Source of the DNA: the human T2T-CHM13v2.0 reference genome, Homo sapiens
Assembly: GCF_009914755.1 (NCBI RefSeq)
Contig: NC_060935.1
DNA length: 64,000 nt
Direction: 5' to 3' (one strand)
Part shown: piece after piece, positions 1-12,149 of the stretch
How the letters are laid out: each line of letters starts with the position of its first letter
Position numbering within the stretch: position 1 is the stretch's first letter
Notes under the pieces: generated by a model
The model's input: the letters and a program-made list of their open reading frames with translations, nothing else
The model's database searches: none
Told to the model about the DNA's origin: nothing
Made by a program: the position numbers and the translations under genes

Positions 1-3000
1 CCTGCTGAGGAGAAGTGGAAATAAAGCAGACCTCAGGACTTTTGTCTTGGACACAGGAATGTTAGAGGCTTTCACCAGCCCTTGGAGAGGAGGAGATTGG
101 AGCTGAGGTCAGGATGTCAGAACCTGCTGTTCACTGGAGACACTTGATCCAGGTGATACCAAAATGTATGTTGGGAAACCACAGAAGCAATGGACACATT
201 TTTTTTTTCAAACTATGAGCAGAACAAAGCCTTTTTTTGGCACTTTAGACAAATCACCCCTCCATCCACCTTCCCCGTCTCATGGTGCTGATCTTCCAGG
301 TTTAGCAGAACAAGCTTTCTGGTTCCTACTCCTGGTGAGCCTTCAAGGAGAATTCCATCTGCCTCAGAGAGTTCAGGCCTGAAAGGGCATGAAAAGAGAA
401 CATCTTTTTTTGCACCCGTAAAATAGGCACCAGCCTCTCCATCCAGGCTGCCTTCCAGAGGTGGTGTGAGATCAAATGAGACAATGCATGAGAAAGCACT
501 TTGCAGAGCGTGGAGTAGTGATATTGCTCCTAGGCAGGGTTCTATCAAATTAGATTCTTGTCCCAGCACCCTTAGTGTCTTGGTTTAATTAATTGCTTTG
601 CATTTATTTAATTCACATGTCAACACTGGCCTCCTCAAACTACAGTTCTTTTCTGCCGAAGTCCAAAGTTGTCCCAAGATTTCCGCAAGCCCAGGGGATG
701 AGAGCAGCTTATCTTCTCAGGAACACTTCTGCCTTGTGACATTGATCCAGACAAGAAGCTCAGCCCCTTCTTCAAGCCTTAAAAGAATTCTACTCATACA
801 GTGCTCATGAGTGTTACAGAGTTTGCTAAAATTTTGGAGGGAGATGAGTGGCTTTCTACATAACAGCAATGAACTTTCAAGAGGAACATTTGGCATCCTG
901 GGTCTCACAATTTGCTGGCACTAAACTATCTCTCGGGTCAGGGTCTGGACTCCACCCAATGCTGGGGGCCTGCCAGTGACTTGGACTCAATCTTAACTTA
1001 TAGACTTCTCTTAATCTTAATTCTCCTTCTTCCTCTCCTTTCAGTCTCCATCCCTCTGTTTCTGCTCCCTCTCTAGAGCTAAAACAAATTCCTTTCTTAT
1101 ATTTTAGGTTCATTATTGCCAGTGGCTTTGTGCTAAGGTTCCTGTAGGTTTCACTTTCTACCCCAAGGTCCTTGTTAAGGTATTTTCTCAAAACAAAGAG
1201 TTCTCCCTCCCTAAGGAGAACTCTGGGGCCAGCTGTTAAGATAACAACATTTTCACCCCATGGCATGTATCATAACAGAATCCAAAAATGTTTTCAACAG
1301 CTTTGATATTGGCAACAGATTTGAGCTGAGAAAAATAACATATAATTAAAAATGAAATTATAAAGGAAACTCCAAATGACCTGGAAGGAAGGGGATAAAA
1401 TTCTCCCAGAAATTCAAGCAGCCCTTTCCAATTACAAATACTAAAATGGAAGTAAGTGTGCACCTTCTCAATGTTAACACCTAATTCCAAAATCCCCCCA
1501 GGGCCTTGTGGTGTGGGGTGGCCTTCTGGCTCTGAGCCTCTGCACACAAAGGCTCCTGGAGGAAATGGAGGCCAGGGCTCACCCTGGATGTTGAGGAACA
1601 CTGGGAGCAGTGGGGAAGCTGGTGTTGGGACACAGCAGTGGACATACCTGGCAAAGCCCAGAATGATTCCTAGTTCCCCGGGGCAGGCTGAAGTTGAGGG
1701 GCCCTCTGCTGTATCTCCATACCTCACTGGTTATCCCGCCACACCATGACCACAGCACTGTCACTGTCGCGGGGTGACTGCCTGTCAACTTCCCTCCCTC
1801 CTCCCTCAGACTGCAGCTTTGTGCCAGCAGACAGCAGGTGGTTTATTGCTGTGTACCTGGTACACAAAGGTATATAATGAATGTGGAAAGAAGGAAGGAG
1901 AGAATGACTGAACCCCTGCCTGGAGGGTTCTGAGTCTCATTTCTCCCTCATCCACTGACTTGTTCTGAGGTCTCTAGCCAGCCTACAAACCACTCTAAAA
2001 CTTCACTTTTCGAATGGAGTGGGAATAGATGCCTGTCTTGAAGGGAAGATGTACTGGTCTAATGAAGAGACATGCAACCACTTGGGAAGTCAAAAACAAG
2101 GAGCAACGCTTATCAGGTCAGAAGCTCACAGGCCTGGCACCAATGCCCACAATGTCCCCACATGCAGAGCTTGATACAGCGTTTCTCCAAATCCCTGAGG
2201 GAACAGCTGTACCTGCTTTGCTGACTTGACTTGGCATAAATGGAGTCCCAGCGGGTGAGTCTCAGCCAAAGCCACCCAGCTCTTTCCTGACAGAGCTGAA
2301 GTAGAACCAGGCCTTGTAACTCCCTGCTCCTTCCTAGCTGGAGCAGTGCTCTGGAAATGTGGGTGGTGCCTGAGAAGGGCAGGTGTTGTTAATAAGGAGA
2401 GCATGTTGCAGAAACTGCAGGGCTTTGCGTGCTAATTTTAGAAGGCATTTTAAACATAAACTCTAGGGTTCTGAAATTTAATCAGGTGGAGCCTGAATGT
2501 AAAGAAAAGAAAGCTTGGGATGTATTCGCAATTTAATTAAATTCTGCCCACTCTCTCTTTTGTAATTTCCCTTCCTTCACTCACTTCCCACTTGGGTCAT
2601 TTTTGCCCTATTAGTGCCACTTCTGGGTACCCAGGCCTCTCACCTTGTTTCTCCCACACACAGTCAAGGTCAGCTGGTCTGACATGCAAGAGAGATCAAA
2701 TTCATGTTTGAGACTGAATAAATGAAAATGAATGAATAAATGAATGGATGAGTGCACGAATAGGAGGCAGGAGCATGCGATGGACAAACGGACACAAATT
2801 CTTGACTTAGGTGGTGCTATCTCCCCTCCCTTTGAGAGAACTTCCATTCGCACAGCTCTCATATAGAAAGCCCAGCACTGTGACACCTTTGTGCAGGATG
2901 TTCTTTTTAGTTGGATTCTACCTGTCTGTGTCTCAGTCCCTTCATTTGAAAAATAGGAGCAACATTAGTCCCACCTTATAAACTTTTGTGAGGCCCAAAT

Positions 3001-3398
3001 GAGCACATTGACATGAGGGTGCTTGGTCAAGGTAAACTCTCACAATATTAGATACTCCATTATGGACAGGCAGCAGTCTCTCACTACCCCACTCACTGCC
3101 TCCCTCCAAACTCTCACAGTCCACACACACAGCAGGTACCTGCATATGCATAGATGTGTGTACATGTTTACACTCTGCACACATTGCACAAACTCACCAC
3201 ACACACATACAGAGCATAGATACCCATGACATACTCACATATACACATACCATTACTCAGGCCCAACAAATCTGAAAACATGGCCATTTCCTGGCTGCCA
3301 CCTGTTACCTGAGAGATAGATATTTCCCATATTTCATCTGGGGTCATTCCTTGATAAAATATTACTAGGTATTTTCAGCAGTAATAACTGGCTTTTCC

Positions 3399-3714
3399 TT
3401 TTTTTTTTTTTTTTTTTTTTTTTTTTGATACAGGATCTCACCGTGTTGCCCAGGCTGGAATGCAATGGCATGATCATGGCTCATGGCTCAGTGCAGCCTT
3501 AACCTACCAGGCTCAAGTGATCCTCCTGCTTCAGCCTCTTCAGTAACTGGGACTACAGGCACGTGCCACCATGCCTGGTTAATTTTTTAATTTTTGTAGA
3601 GCCAGGGTCTTTCTTTGTTGCCCAGGCTGATCTTAAACTCCTGGGCCCAGGTGATCCTCCTGCCTCAGCCTCTCAAAGTGCAGGGATTACAGGTGTGAGC
3701 CATCCTATTCAGCC
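3399..3714 (-). mobile_element. Alu SINE, AluJ-like
   Basis: T-run at 3399-3425 followed by an antisense Alu body ending ...gagccatcctattcagcc; J-type motifs such as ctcaagtgatcctcc and ttgcccaggctg. Confidence 0.9.
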
Positions 3715-3720
3715 ACTTTT

Positions 3721-3894
3721 AACATTCTCATAAAAAACACCTGGGGCTTCCTGCAAGCCGGCCTGGGCTTTCGTTACTGCCTCCCCTGCTCATAATGGGT
3801 ATTTACATATCCTTAGACCCTCAGTCTGGAACAAGCTGCACCTGAAATCAGTCTCCAGTGGCGTTTTGGTCCAGGAAAGTCCCTGACCTGTGGC
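3721..3894 (+). repeat. Local direct duplication, copy 1 (probable donor), ~174 bp
   Basis: Aligns by eye to 4653-4825 with about 8 substitutions and 1 indel. Confidence 0.95.
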
Positions 3895-4195
3895 TGGGTG
3901 TCCTTCCTCCTTTAACTCCAAGTGGCCAGTCGTGGTACGTGTCCCTTTTCTTGAGACCCAGAGCTCATTGCTTGTCAGCTCTTTGTTCCTTATCCACCAC
4001 CCCTCAAGCTGAGGAACAGACACAGTGTGGGATGTGAGGGTTGGGAGTGGGCAAAGTGATAATGAGTTTGATTTTGAGAATGTTGCCATTGAGGCAGCTG
4101 GCACATCCAGCTAGAGGATAGTTCTGGAGTTATCGGGAGAGATCTGAACTATTGATCAATGAATGTGGGAATCTTATACATATTCGTAGTATATT

Positions 4196-4556
4196 TGTTA
4201 GGAATTACATTTAGTTACTAGAAGAAACTTTCTTGTCAAAGACCAGAAGGAACGGTGGCTTAAACCAGATGGAAATGTATTGTGCTTCACATTAGTGGGC
4301 TGGTGCGTTGGTATCATGGTATTTTTCAGGGACCAAGGAACCGATCTATCTTTCTGCCTCACCATTTTAGTATGTATCCTCCACCTTGGATTTGTCTTAT
4401 AATTGAATATCGCTGCTAGAGCACCAGGCATCATCTTTGCATTCCAGACAGAAAGCAGGAAAAAAAGGTGGAAGGTTTTTTAAAAAAGAAAAGTGCTTAT
4501 GCCTACAGCTGTCTACCTTCTTTTTAAGTCCTACCTGATAACTTCTATGTACACAT
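4196..4556 (-). mobile_element. Old MaLR LTR fragment (MLT1J/K-like), interrupted by the ERV
   Basis: Degenerate MLT1-like motifs (ggcttaaaccagat, gcaccaggcatcatctttgcattccag); MaLR-internal-like sequence resumes after 8490. Confidence 0.5.
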
Positions 4557-5065
4557 TGTAAGGGAAATGGCTGCACTTTAGTCAGGAATAGGCTGAGGCA
4601 GCCTTCTGGCACAGCATGATTCACTGGGTTTGGAGCACAGGTGCACTCTCAAAACACTCTCATAAAAAACACCTGGGGCTTCCTGCGAGCTGGCCTGGGC
4701 TTTCGTTACTGCCTCCCCTGCTCATGATGGGTATTTACATATCCTTAGACCCTCAGCTAGAACAAGCTGCACCTGAGATCAGTCTCCAGTGGCGTTTTGG
4801 TCCGGGAAAGGCCCTGACCTGTGGCCACACATTATGTAACCATGCCACGTGAAGTGCATTAGGTGATCACTCACATGAGTCTGTGCCTGGCTTAGAGACA
4901 CTGTTGTCTACAAAAGGTATAATTACCCTGCTAGCGGCTATACATAGGGCTTGTGCCCAGAAAGAGGATAAAGCCATATCAAAACTCCCTACGATTCCTG
5001 TAGTGTTTTTCCAGCTACTCCCCCACCGACTCCCCTCGGACCTCAGTTTGGGATAGAACCTGACA
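4557..5065 (+). mobile_element. 5' LTR of HERV-S/HERVL18 (LTR18 family) carrying a ~173-bp insertion
   Basis: TG...CA termini (tgtaagggaaatggctg ... aacctgaca), followed 2 nt later by a PBS; resembles LTR18 consensus from memory. Confidence 0.8.
4653..4825 (+). repeat. Local direct duplication, copy 2, inside the LTR
   Basis: About 95% identical to 3721-3894. Confidence 0.95.
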
Positions 5066-5067
5066 AT

Positions 5068-5085
5068 TGGTGTCATGAACAGGAT
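5068..5085 (+). promoter_or_regulatory. Retroviral primer binding site for tRNA-Ser(CGA)
   Basis: tggtgtcatgaacaggat matches TGGCGTCACGAACAGGAT (complement of the tRNA-Ser-CGA 3' end) apart from two CpG-to-TpG changes. Confidence 0.85.
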
Positions 5086-5088
5086 CCT

Positions 5089-5097
5089 GAGGTGAGT
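5089..5097 (+). promoter_or_regulatory. Candidate proviral major splice donor
   Basis: GAG|GTGAGT immediately downstream of the PBS. Confidence 0.55.
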
Positions 5098-5130
5098 GAG
5101 CCTTTGGCTTCTGCTGATTCTGGGTTGGCC

Positions 5131-6570
5131 ATGTGGCTGTAACATGGGTTGGTGGTACCCATTGGCAGCTGTGCTGCTTGGATGGGCTCCGGTGGATACC
5201 TGGGTGGTGGTAGATGGGTCTCCTGCAAGCATGGAGAAGGTGCTGGAGCAACTGGAAGCACACAGCACTGAGAAGGAGGGAGCCTTTGCCGGCAGAGTCA
5301 GATGGGGCTCTTTGACTGTGCTACAAAAAAGTACACACCCAGTCCCTGAGGTGCAGTACAGGTAAGGGACCTCCAGGCGCAGACGGGGTGCCTGGAGACC
5401 TGGCTATACAGATCAGAAAAAGAGTTAGAGGCTGCCATAAATGGGGACTTCCAGGTGCAGGTGGGGCACCTGGAGACCTGGCTTCAGAGCTTGGAAAAAG
5501 AATTAGGGGCTGCCATGAATGCAGGCCTGGGCCCGTCGTTTCAGCCGGAGACTCCCCACTCAGTCTGATACCGAGGAGGAAGAACCCCTGTTGCAGGGTC
5601 GCCCAGTGGTCCGTCAGAAGGTAGATCATGAACAGCTGTTGGGACCCCAAGGGCGGGCTCAGGGATTGCCCACTATAACACAACACACTTCATATATTGC
5701 CTGTACCGCAACTGAGTTGCGGGAATTAGGCAAGCAGGTCCACCAGCGTCCAGGAGAACCCCTGTCTGCCTGGATGCTTCATTTGTGAAATGAGGGAGCA
5801 GATAGTATTTCTTGTTCTGCCTCTGAGATGGAAAAGCTGGCCACCATTAGACTCACCCCTCCCTCTGTCAGCGGTTCCAAGTGAGGAGGCAGTTAACGGC
5901 AGGGCAAGGTGACCACACCCTGACTGAGTGGCTATGGGCAGCCATGCGGACTGTGTGAAATGATGCCAGTGAAATACCCAAAACTGTGAGTAAACGGCAG
6001 TCATATGCTGATTTGGTGCAAGTCATCTGGGAAATGGGTATGCGGCAGGCTATGTCTGATCTGAATATCTGTGGGTATCACTGATGAACGTTTCACCTAC
6101 CACATGAGAGATCTTGTGTTGGGACCTGTGCCCCTCAGTGCCTTTGGCTCCCTAGCTGCTGTCTTCACCTAGTACGTAGGGTGCCGCGCACATGAAGTGA
6201 CCACTGCTATGGTGGCTCTCAGGGAAGCAGAAGGCCATCGGCGGGACTGAGGGGTCCATGCTGTAAAGAAGAGGAAGCTCCCCCACCTGCAGGGGGTTCC
6301 CCCATGGGATAAAAGGGGGCCCCAATGAGTGACACGCTCACATATGTGCATAGATTTGATTTTGGCCAGGGTTGACTGAGAGAAAATCAATAAGCAGCCC
6401 AGTGAAGTACTCTTAACTTTGTGGAGACAGTTGTCTCTGGAGCAGCAATTCCAGAAAATGTCCAAGGGGGAGAAGGACACTGCTGCACAACGCTGTCCCA
6501 CCTGGGCGGCTCCAGCTTGAAGACTGCTTGCTGCAGCCAGGTGGAAATGCAGAGCCTTTTCTGTTTGATT
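5131..6570 (+). pseudogene. gag: Decayed HERV-S gag (multiple stops and frameshifts)
   Basis: Lies between the PBS and protease; broken ORFs 5096-5365 and 5519-5788 (..ELRELGKQVHQRPGEPLSAWML..) resemble class III gag; boundaries approximate. Confidence 0.65.
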
Positions 6571-6599
6571 AGGGAACTGGCCAAGGTGCCCTGCTTAGG

Positions 6600-6900
6600 A
6601 AGACACTGGGCGACTGGAGGCCACATGTAGAATTAGCAATCCACTGGTCCCCCAGCAATGTACAGCGGGTGCTGGTGCTGGTAGCTACTGGCACAGACTG
6701 TAGTCTTGTTTATGGGAACCCACAGGCAAAGCTGCACACATTGATGCTTACGGAGGCCGATCAGTGAGAGTGAAACCTGTATGTCTGTACCACACCACTG
6801 GCCACTTGGCTCCCCATTTATATACTGTATATGTTTCTCCCATACCAGAATACATTCTGGGGGTGTACTTTTACATGGCCTGGTGTTACAAACCATGGCT
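6600..6900 (+). pseudogene. pro: Decayed retroviral aspartic protease
   Basis: ctg gta gct act ggc aca gac tgt (LVATGTDC, 6678-6701) is an LVDTGA motif with the catalytic Asp changed to Ala; boundaries approximate. Confidence 0.6.
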
Positions 6901-8138
6901 GGGGAATTCAGACTCCAGGTGCACGTGATGAAGCCAGTGCTGCATGGACATATGCATCACCAGCCTCGGGTCCTGCCACAACCCCGACAGGTTACTTCCA
7001 CCTGTCAATACCATTTGCTGGGTGGGCATACAGAGATAACTGAGACAATTAAAAAGCTGGAGGAGGTGCAGATAGTGTGTGGCACCCATAGTCCCTACAA
7101 TTCTCCAGTGTGGTCAGTTAGGAAGCCTGATGGAACTTCGCAGATAATGGTGGACTACTGGGAACTGAATAAAGTAACACCCCCTTTGCATGCAGCTGTG
7201 CTGTCAATCATGAATATAATGGACCATTTGTTGATGGAACTGGCACAATACCATTATGTAGTGGACTTGGCCAATGCATTTTTCTCCATCAACATCGCTC
7301 CAGAGAGCTGGGACCAGTTTGCCTTCATGTGGGAAAGGCGACAATGGACTTTCACAGTGTTGTCGCAGGGCTATGTCCATAGCCCAACCTATGTCATGGT
7401 CTCGTTGCCATGGATTTAGTCTCCTGGCAATGTGCAGAAGGGGTCTGCTTATTCCATTATATTGATGATATTATGTTAACCTCTGATTCTCTTGCAGATT
7501 TAGAAGCAGTGGCGTCCCTCTTGCGGCAACATTTAGCAGCATGTGGTTGGGCCGTCAACGAATCCAAGGTCCAAGGTCCTGGATTATCTGCCAGATTCTT
7601 GGGAGTTATCTGGTCAGGTAAGACAAAGGCCATACCAGAAGCCATCATTGACAAAATTCAGGCATGTCCCCGGCCCACCACAGTGAGATAGCTGCAAACT
7701 TTTGTGAGCCTCCTGTGATATTGACAGACATTTGTGCCCCATTTAGCTCAAATGATAAAACTATTGTGTCTGTTAACAAAGATGGGAGCTATCCGGGATT
7801 GGGCTGATGTGGCTGAGACCGCCTTCCTGGCAGCCAAGCGGTCTATTCAGCAGGCACAAGCCCTACAGGTCATGGACCGGGGTGCCCATTTGAGCTGAAT
7901 GTGCATGTGACCACAGATGGTTTCTGTTGGGGCCTGCGGCAGCGCACGGAGCACCTAAGAATGCCAATAGACTTTTGGTCCCAACCATGGAAGGCATCTG
8001 AGCTCCAGTATTCCTTGATAGAGAAACAGCTAGCAGAATGTTTCCTGCCTTTCAGGCTTGTGAGAGTGTGACAGGATGGGCTACAGTCATCTTGCGGAAG
8101 ACTTACCTGATAGTGGGATGGGTACGTTCATGGGTAAC
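6900..8138 (+). pseudogene. pol: Decayed pol: reverse transcriptase and partial connection/RNase H; truncated, no integrase
   Basis: SPYNSPVWSVRKPDG, VDYWELNK, VVDLANAFFSI, QFAF, FTVLSQGYVHSP in ORF 6781-7419; frameshift into ORF 7410-7691 with YIDD (7458-7469) and FLG. Confidence 0.93.
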
Positions 8139-8489
8139 ATCGTTGGCCATTGGTTATCAACTCAGTCGTCAGCCCTTCTGCTCTCCCCGGACGCTTGGAG
8201 GTGGGGATGAAAGTTCCAATCCTCTAATCACGAGGTTGCTTCCCTGGCAACCAGACCCATCCTGAGGCCATCCAGGAGCCCACGAAGAATCACCTCATTA
8301 GAACAAAAGATGCTCCTATCACCCGGGAGATTCCAAGGGATTTAGGAAATCTGTGTCAGGAACTGTGGTCAAAGACCAAATATTAGAACAAAAGATTCTT
8401 CTAGCACCCCTGTCTAGAAAGGTCTTAGGAGCTCTATGTCAGGAAGCAGGGGCAGATGTATATATTTCTTATTTTATCACAATATCACG
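8139..8489 (-). mobile_element. MER21-family LTR fragment
   Basis: Ends tatatttcttattttatcacaatatcacg (reverse of the MER21 5' end); repeated attagaacaaaagat motif typical of MER21. Confidence 0.75.
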
Positions 8490-9230
8490 ACCTGCCATTA
8501 CATTTGGATGTCCTTCCTGTCTAGTGACCTGAATACTTAAAGCCCAAGCCATCTTTGCACCTCCCAGCATACTCAGTATGCAGTGGTGGGGCAGGAGCAG
8601 AATGACCACTATAAACACTGTTGAAAAAGGAGAGAAGAGGAGACATGGCACAGTCACTGGTCTGAAACAACGATCAGTCCTCTTGGATAGGGTTTCTGAA
8701 GACTCCTTGATATCATTAGAGGAGTAAGTTTCTTTGTCAGCCCCCAGTTCTGCTTTCTCTAAGTATCTCCCTTATTCATTGTTTCTTGGGTTCCCAGGGC
8801 CACTGTTGGTCCATTCCTCATTTTTATATACATTAGAAAAGGGCAACCGTCTGGGTGGTCGTTGCCCTGCTGGTGCATGGCTTTGGCAAGCAGACAGTGT
8901 CTTTGTGCTTATAAGGAAACAACAGCCCTTCTCCCAGGTGCATGCAGCGCTTCAGCAGAGGGCTTGGAGAGAGGATTACAGGCCGTGTTTCAGCCTGAGC
9001 TTGCTGTTCCACTAGGTGTTCTTGTGCAGTGCTCAGCATGAACATCTGTAGGTGGCCGTGGGGCCCCTGGCTCTCCTTTCAGTGGAGTCCTTCTTTGTTC
9101 ATAATCCTCTGGGGACATATTTAAAGTCTGTTCAGAGGAAAAGATTTCCTTTCTGCACTGAACAGCTTTAGCAGCCCCCATCCTATAGATGTGGATTTAG
9201 GGACCCTGGGATCATATTAGGAACTTAATA
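8490..9230 (-). mobile_element. MaLR (MLT1) internal region fragment
   Basis: cagtggtggggcaggagcagaatgaccact...aaaaaggagagaagagg...cagtcactggtc resembles MLT-int; right boundary uncertain. Confidence 0.45.
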
Positions 9231-9244
9231 GTCATGGGCTGTTG

Positions 9245-9520
9245 CAGAACCCATAAATGAATGACATGGCCCAAGAAAAGTGTATGGTAAGAAGACAGCC
9301 TCTGATCCCTGAGAAACATTAGCATTTAAGAGGTTGATAAGAAATGAGGTATCACTAAAGAACACTGAGAAGGTAGGAACAAGAAGTCAGGAGAGAGGAA
9401 GGAGACAGTGATAGCACTGAAACCAAGAGAAGACATATTCAGTGGGGGACTTGTCAACGTGGTAAGAGAGGGTAAAAAGTCAAGTAAGACGGAAGCAGAA
9501 ATGGCCATAGAATTTGGCCT
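9245..9520 (-). mobile_element. L2 fragment
   Basis: Degenerate L2 motifs (ccctgagaaacattagcatttaagagg, aaaccaagagaag). Confidence 0.55.
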
Positions 9521-9949
9521 TTGACTTTCAATTACACTTTGACTCCTCTTACAGCAGTTATCCTACTCTACCTTATAGCCTTGACATGAGAAATGAGGGA
9601 AAGGGGTGTTTTCCCAATTTTCCTATAACATGGTAATTCCTTTCACTTTTCTGTGGCATTTGGCCCTGCTGAGCAATCTCTTCTTTGATGCAGTCCTCCT
9701 TCTGCCTCTTTGATGGCTCTTTCTCAGTCTTATTGCCTGGGTTCCCCTTCCTGTTCTCCTTATAGGCTTGGCTATGTACCCCCACAAAGAGCAGGCCTAC
9801 TGCTTTTTCATCGATGTACCCACCATTGACCGTGACATTCACTCCTGAGATTTCGATTCCCATCATGGTACCTCCAAATTTACTGATGCCTCCTGACAGT
9901 CTCTTGAGCTGCAGGAATATTTTTGGATACACCCATTGTGGTAGCACAA

Positions 9950-10430
9950 ATGTATCTAAAATTCACTGTATTGAGACAAAGAACCCTTTGAATTTAAACA
10001 AGAAAATGAAATTATTGGTTTATGTAATCGGAAATTCCAAGATGTATAAACTCTAAATTGCAGGCATGCCTGGATCTAAGGCTTCAAGCTGTGTCCTTCA
10101 GGTGGTCTTTCTGTCTCTGTTTCTTTCTAGGTGTCTCTGTGTCTCCTTCACTTTGGCTTTGGTTGCAAACAGGCCTTCTCCACATAGTGGCAAATAGCCC
10201 TAGCAGCCTCTGCTCATATGCTGTCAATTTAGTAACCGCAGCTGAATGAAGGTTTAGAAAAAATAGATTTGGAAGAAAAGTCTCTGGGAAGATTATTGTT
10301 GGTCCACCAAGGGTAATATTCCTGCTACTGACCCACTTCCTTTGGTTGGGGTACAATGGCTGGTATTTCTGAGTTATGGATGGCATCCCCTGTGAAGCAC
10401 TGAGTGGAAGGGAAAGTTTAGGACCCCTGA
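9950..10430 (-). mobile_element. Old MaLR LTR (MLT1J/K/L-like)
   Basis: aaattattggtttatgtaatcggaaattcc...caggcatgcctggatctaaggcttcaa motifs. Confidence 0.5.
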
Positions 10431-12071
10431 GCCATGTGCTCTGGGTTCTTACCACTTCCCTTTAGCCAAACAGAATCATTTGTTTTTTTCTCTGTTTCCT
10501 TAAAAGTTATTTCACATTACTATTCCTACGCATATGTTATTTTTCTATGCTTTAGTCCTGATCCTTTTCCTAGCCAATTCCTACTCATTCTTTATATTCT
10601 CATTGAGTCACCTCCTTTGGGAAGACTTCCTTCATGCCTTAATTAACTGGGCCATGGGTCCTTTTTTGTAAAATTTGAATAAGTAACATCTACACTATAT
10701 AGTTGTTATCAGGATTAAATGAGAGAAGGCAAATGTAAACAGCTGGTAGAATGTCACACAGAAGCTCAACACATGTGTGACCTCTTTGCTTCTCCTTTAG
10801 ATAGGTGGCTGCCCTCCTTGGTGCAGTCTTGGGTTCCAGCTCTTGCCTTGTTTTATTGTAATTACTAGGATTATATTCTTTTACTTTCAACAATGTCCTG
10901 ATTGGGATGATAAATTATATTGTTAGTCTGTTAATGAGCTATCTAAACTGCTGCCAACCATGCAAACTGACTTCCGATAAAATGACAACTGGGAGCCATA
11001 ATCCCAAGTTAGATGACTCAAGGTAGGGAGCAAAAGCAACTGGAAGCCACAGACTCAAGGTGGATGCATCTGTACGCAGTAGAGACCACCGCAGCCATCT
11101 TGGCACTTATGCACCTGAGGGGTAACTCCAAATGTCACCAGCCCATCGGCAGTGTGCGGAAGCTTTGCTTTCCTAAATGGGACAGAGAATGTTGTAGTTT
11201 AAAAGACAAATTATTAGAACCAATTGGCTTTAAAAGACCAATTCCATTTTCTTTTCCCCAAACCTCCTCTTTCAGAACCTCAGCTGTCTGCTGGATGTTT
11301 CCTTCCTGGAAGTAAAATTGCCTCCATTCCACACTCAACCTTTAGTCACTTGGCTTTTATTGATAGTTATATTTTTATAACAGCACTTAGGTTAAAATAC
11401 TATTTGACTCTAAAAGAAGCGTCCTTCTATGATTACAATATTAGCATTTGTTGTTGCCTTAGAATAGCTGAGTTCCTCAAGGATGGGGACCATGGCTTGC
11501 TGCCATCATGTCTCTATTGCCAACCACCAGTGCTTGGCACATACTATATATTTAACACAAGTGGATTGAAAGAATGGGTAATGCATATGAATGAGATGGC
11601 CCAACCTGCCCTTGTCTTTGAGTGAATTTCCCAGACTGGATGGGCTTTGTGTGATCCTTCCATGGCCTCTGTGGTTGCTGGTGCTGGATTCATCTGGAAG
11701 GGATCACAGGAAATAGGTGTCCTGTACTGGAGTTGTCTCAATGACTTGGTAAGGATTTCCTTTAGGCTTATTGCAGGATGCTGACTACCACTGCCAGGAA
11801 ACCAAACTGTTAATTTTCCCAAATGAGATCCTCCTGGGGAGAATCAATATTTATTAGCATTAGTTTTTTTTAAAAAAAAGCCAGTACATGATTTTCTTAG
11901 CTCTTCTAATGGTAAAGAGGCAGAAGCCTTTGAGAAAGAAATTTGAATGAGTGAGGAAAGAATTGAAGGGAAGCAGGAAGGAGAATTATTCCTTCACACA
12001 CAAGTAACCCACTCATCTGGTTGGTTCATCTAGCTCAGAATGGACCACATGATTCAGACTTTGCCAGCACT

Positions 12072-12109
12072 CCTTGTAGAATACCTTGTAGAATATTCCT
12101 TGTAGAATA
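12072..12109 (+). repeat. Short tandem repeat, 3 x CCTTGTAGAATA
   Basis: Exact copies at 12072, 12084 and 12098. Confidence 0.95.
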
Positions 12110-12149
12110 CCAAGGTCCACTCATTCTTGCATTTCATTATGTGTAGTCC

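Noticed and set aside
213-1788. Several 100-160 aa ORFs and isolated splice-like sites (minus-strand acceptor ~380, plus-strand donor ~1452)
   Set aside because: No recognisable domains, and no consistent open exon structure; expected by chance.
6781-7691. RT ORFs considered as a possible functional or domesticated reverse transcriptase
   Set aside because: A frameshift separates the N-terminal motifs from YIDD, the protease Asp is lost and downstream stops occur; a decayed provirus.
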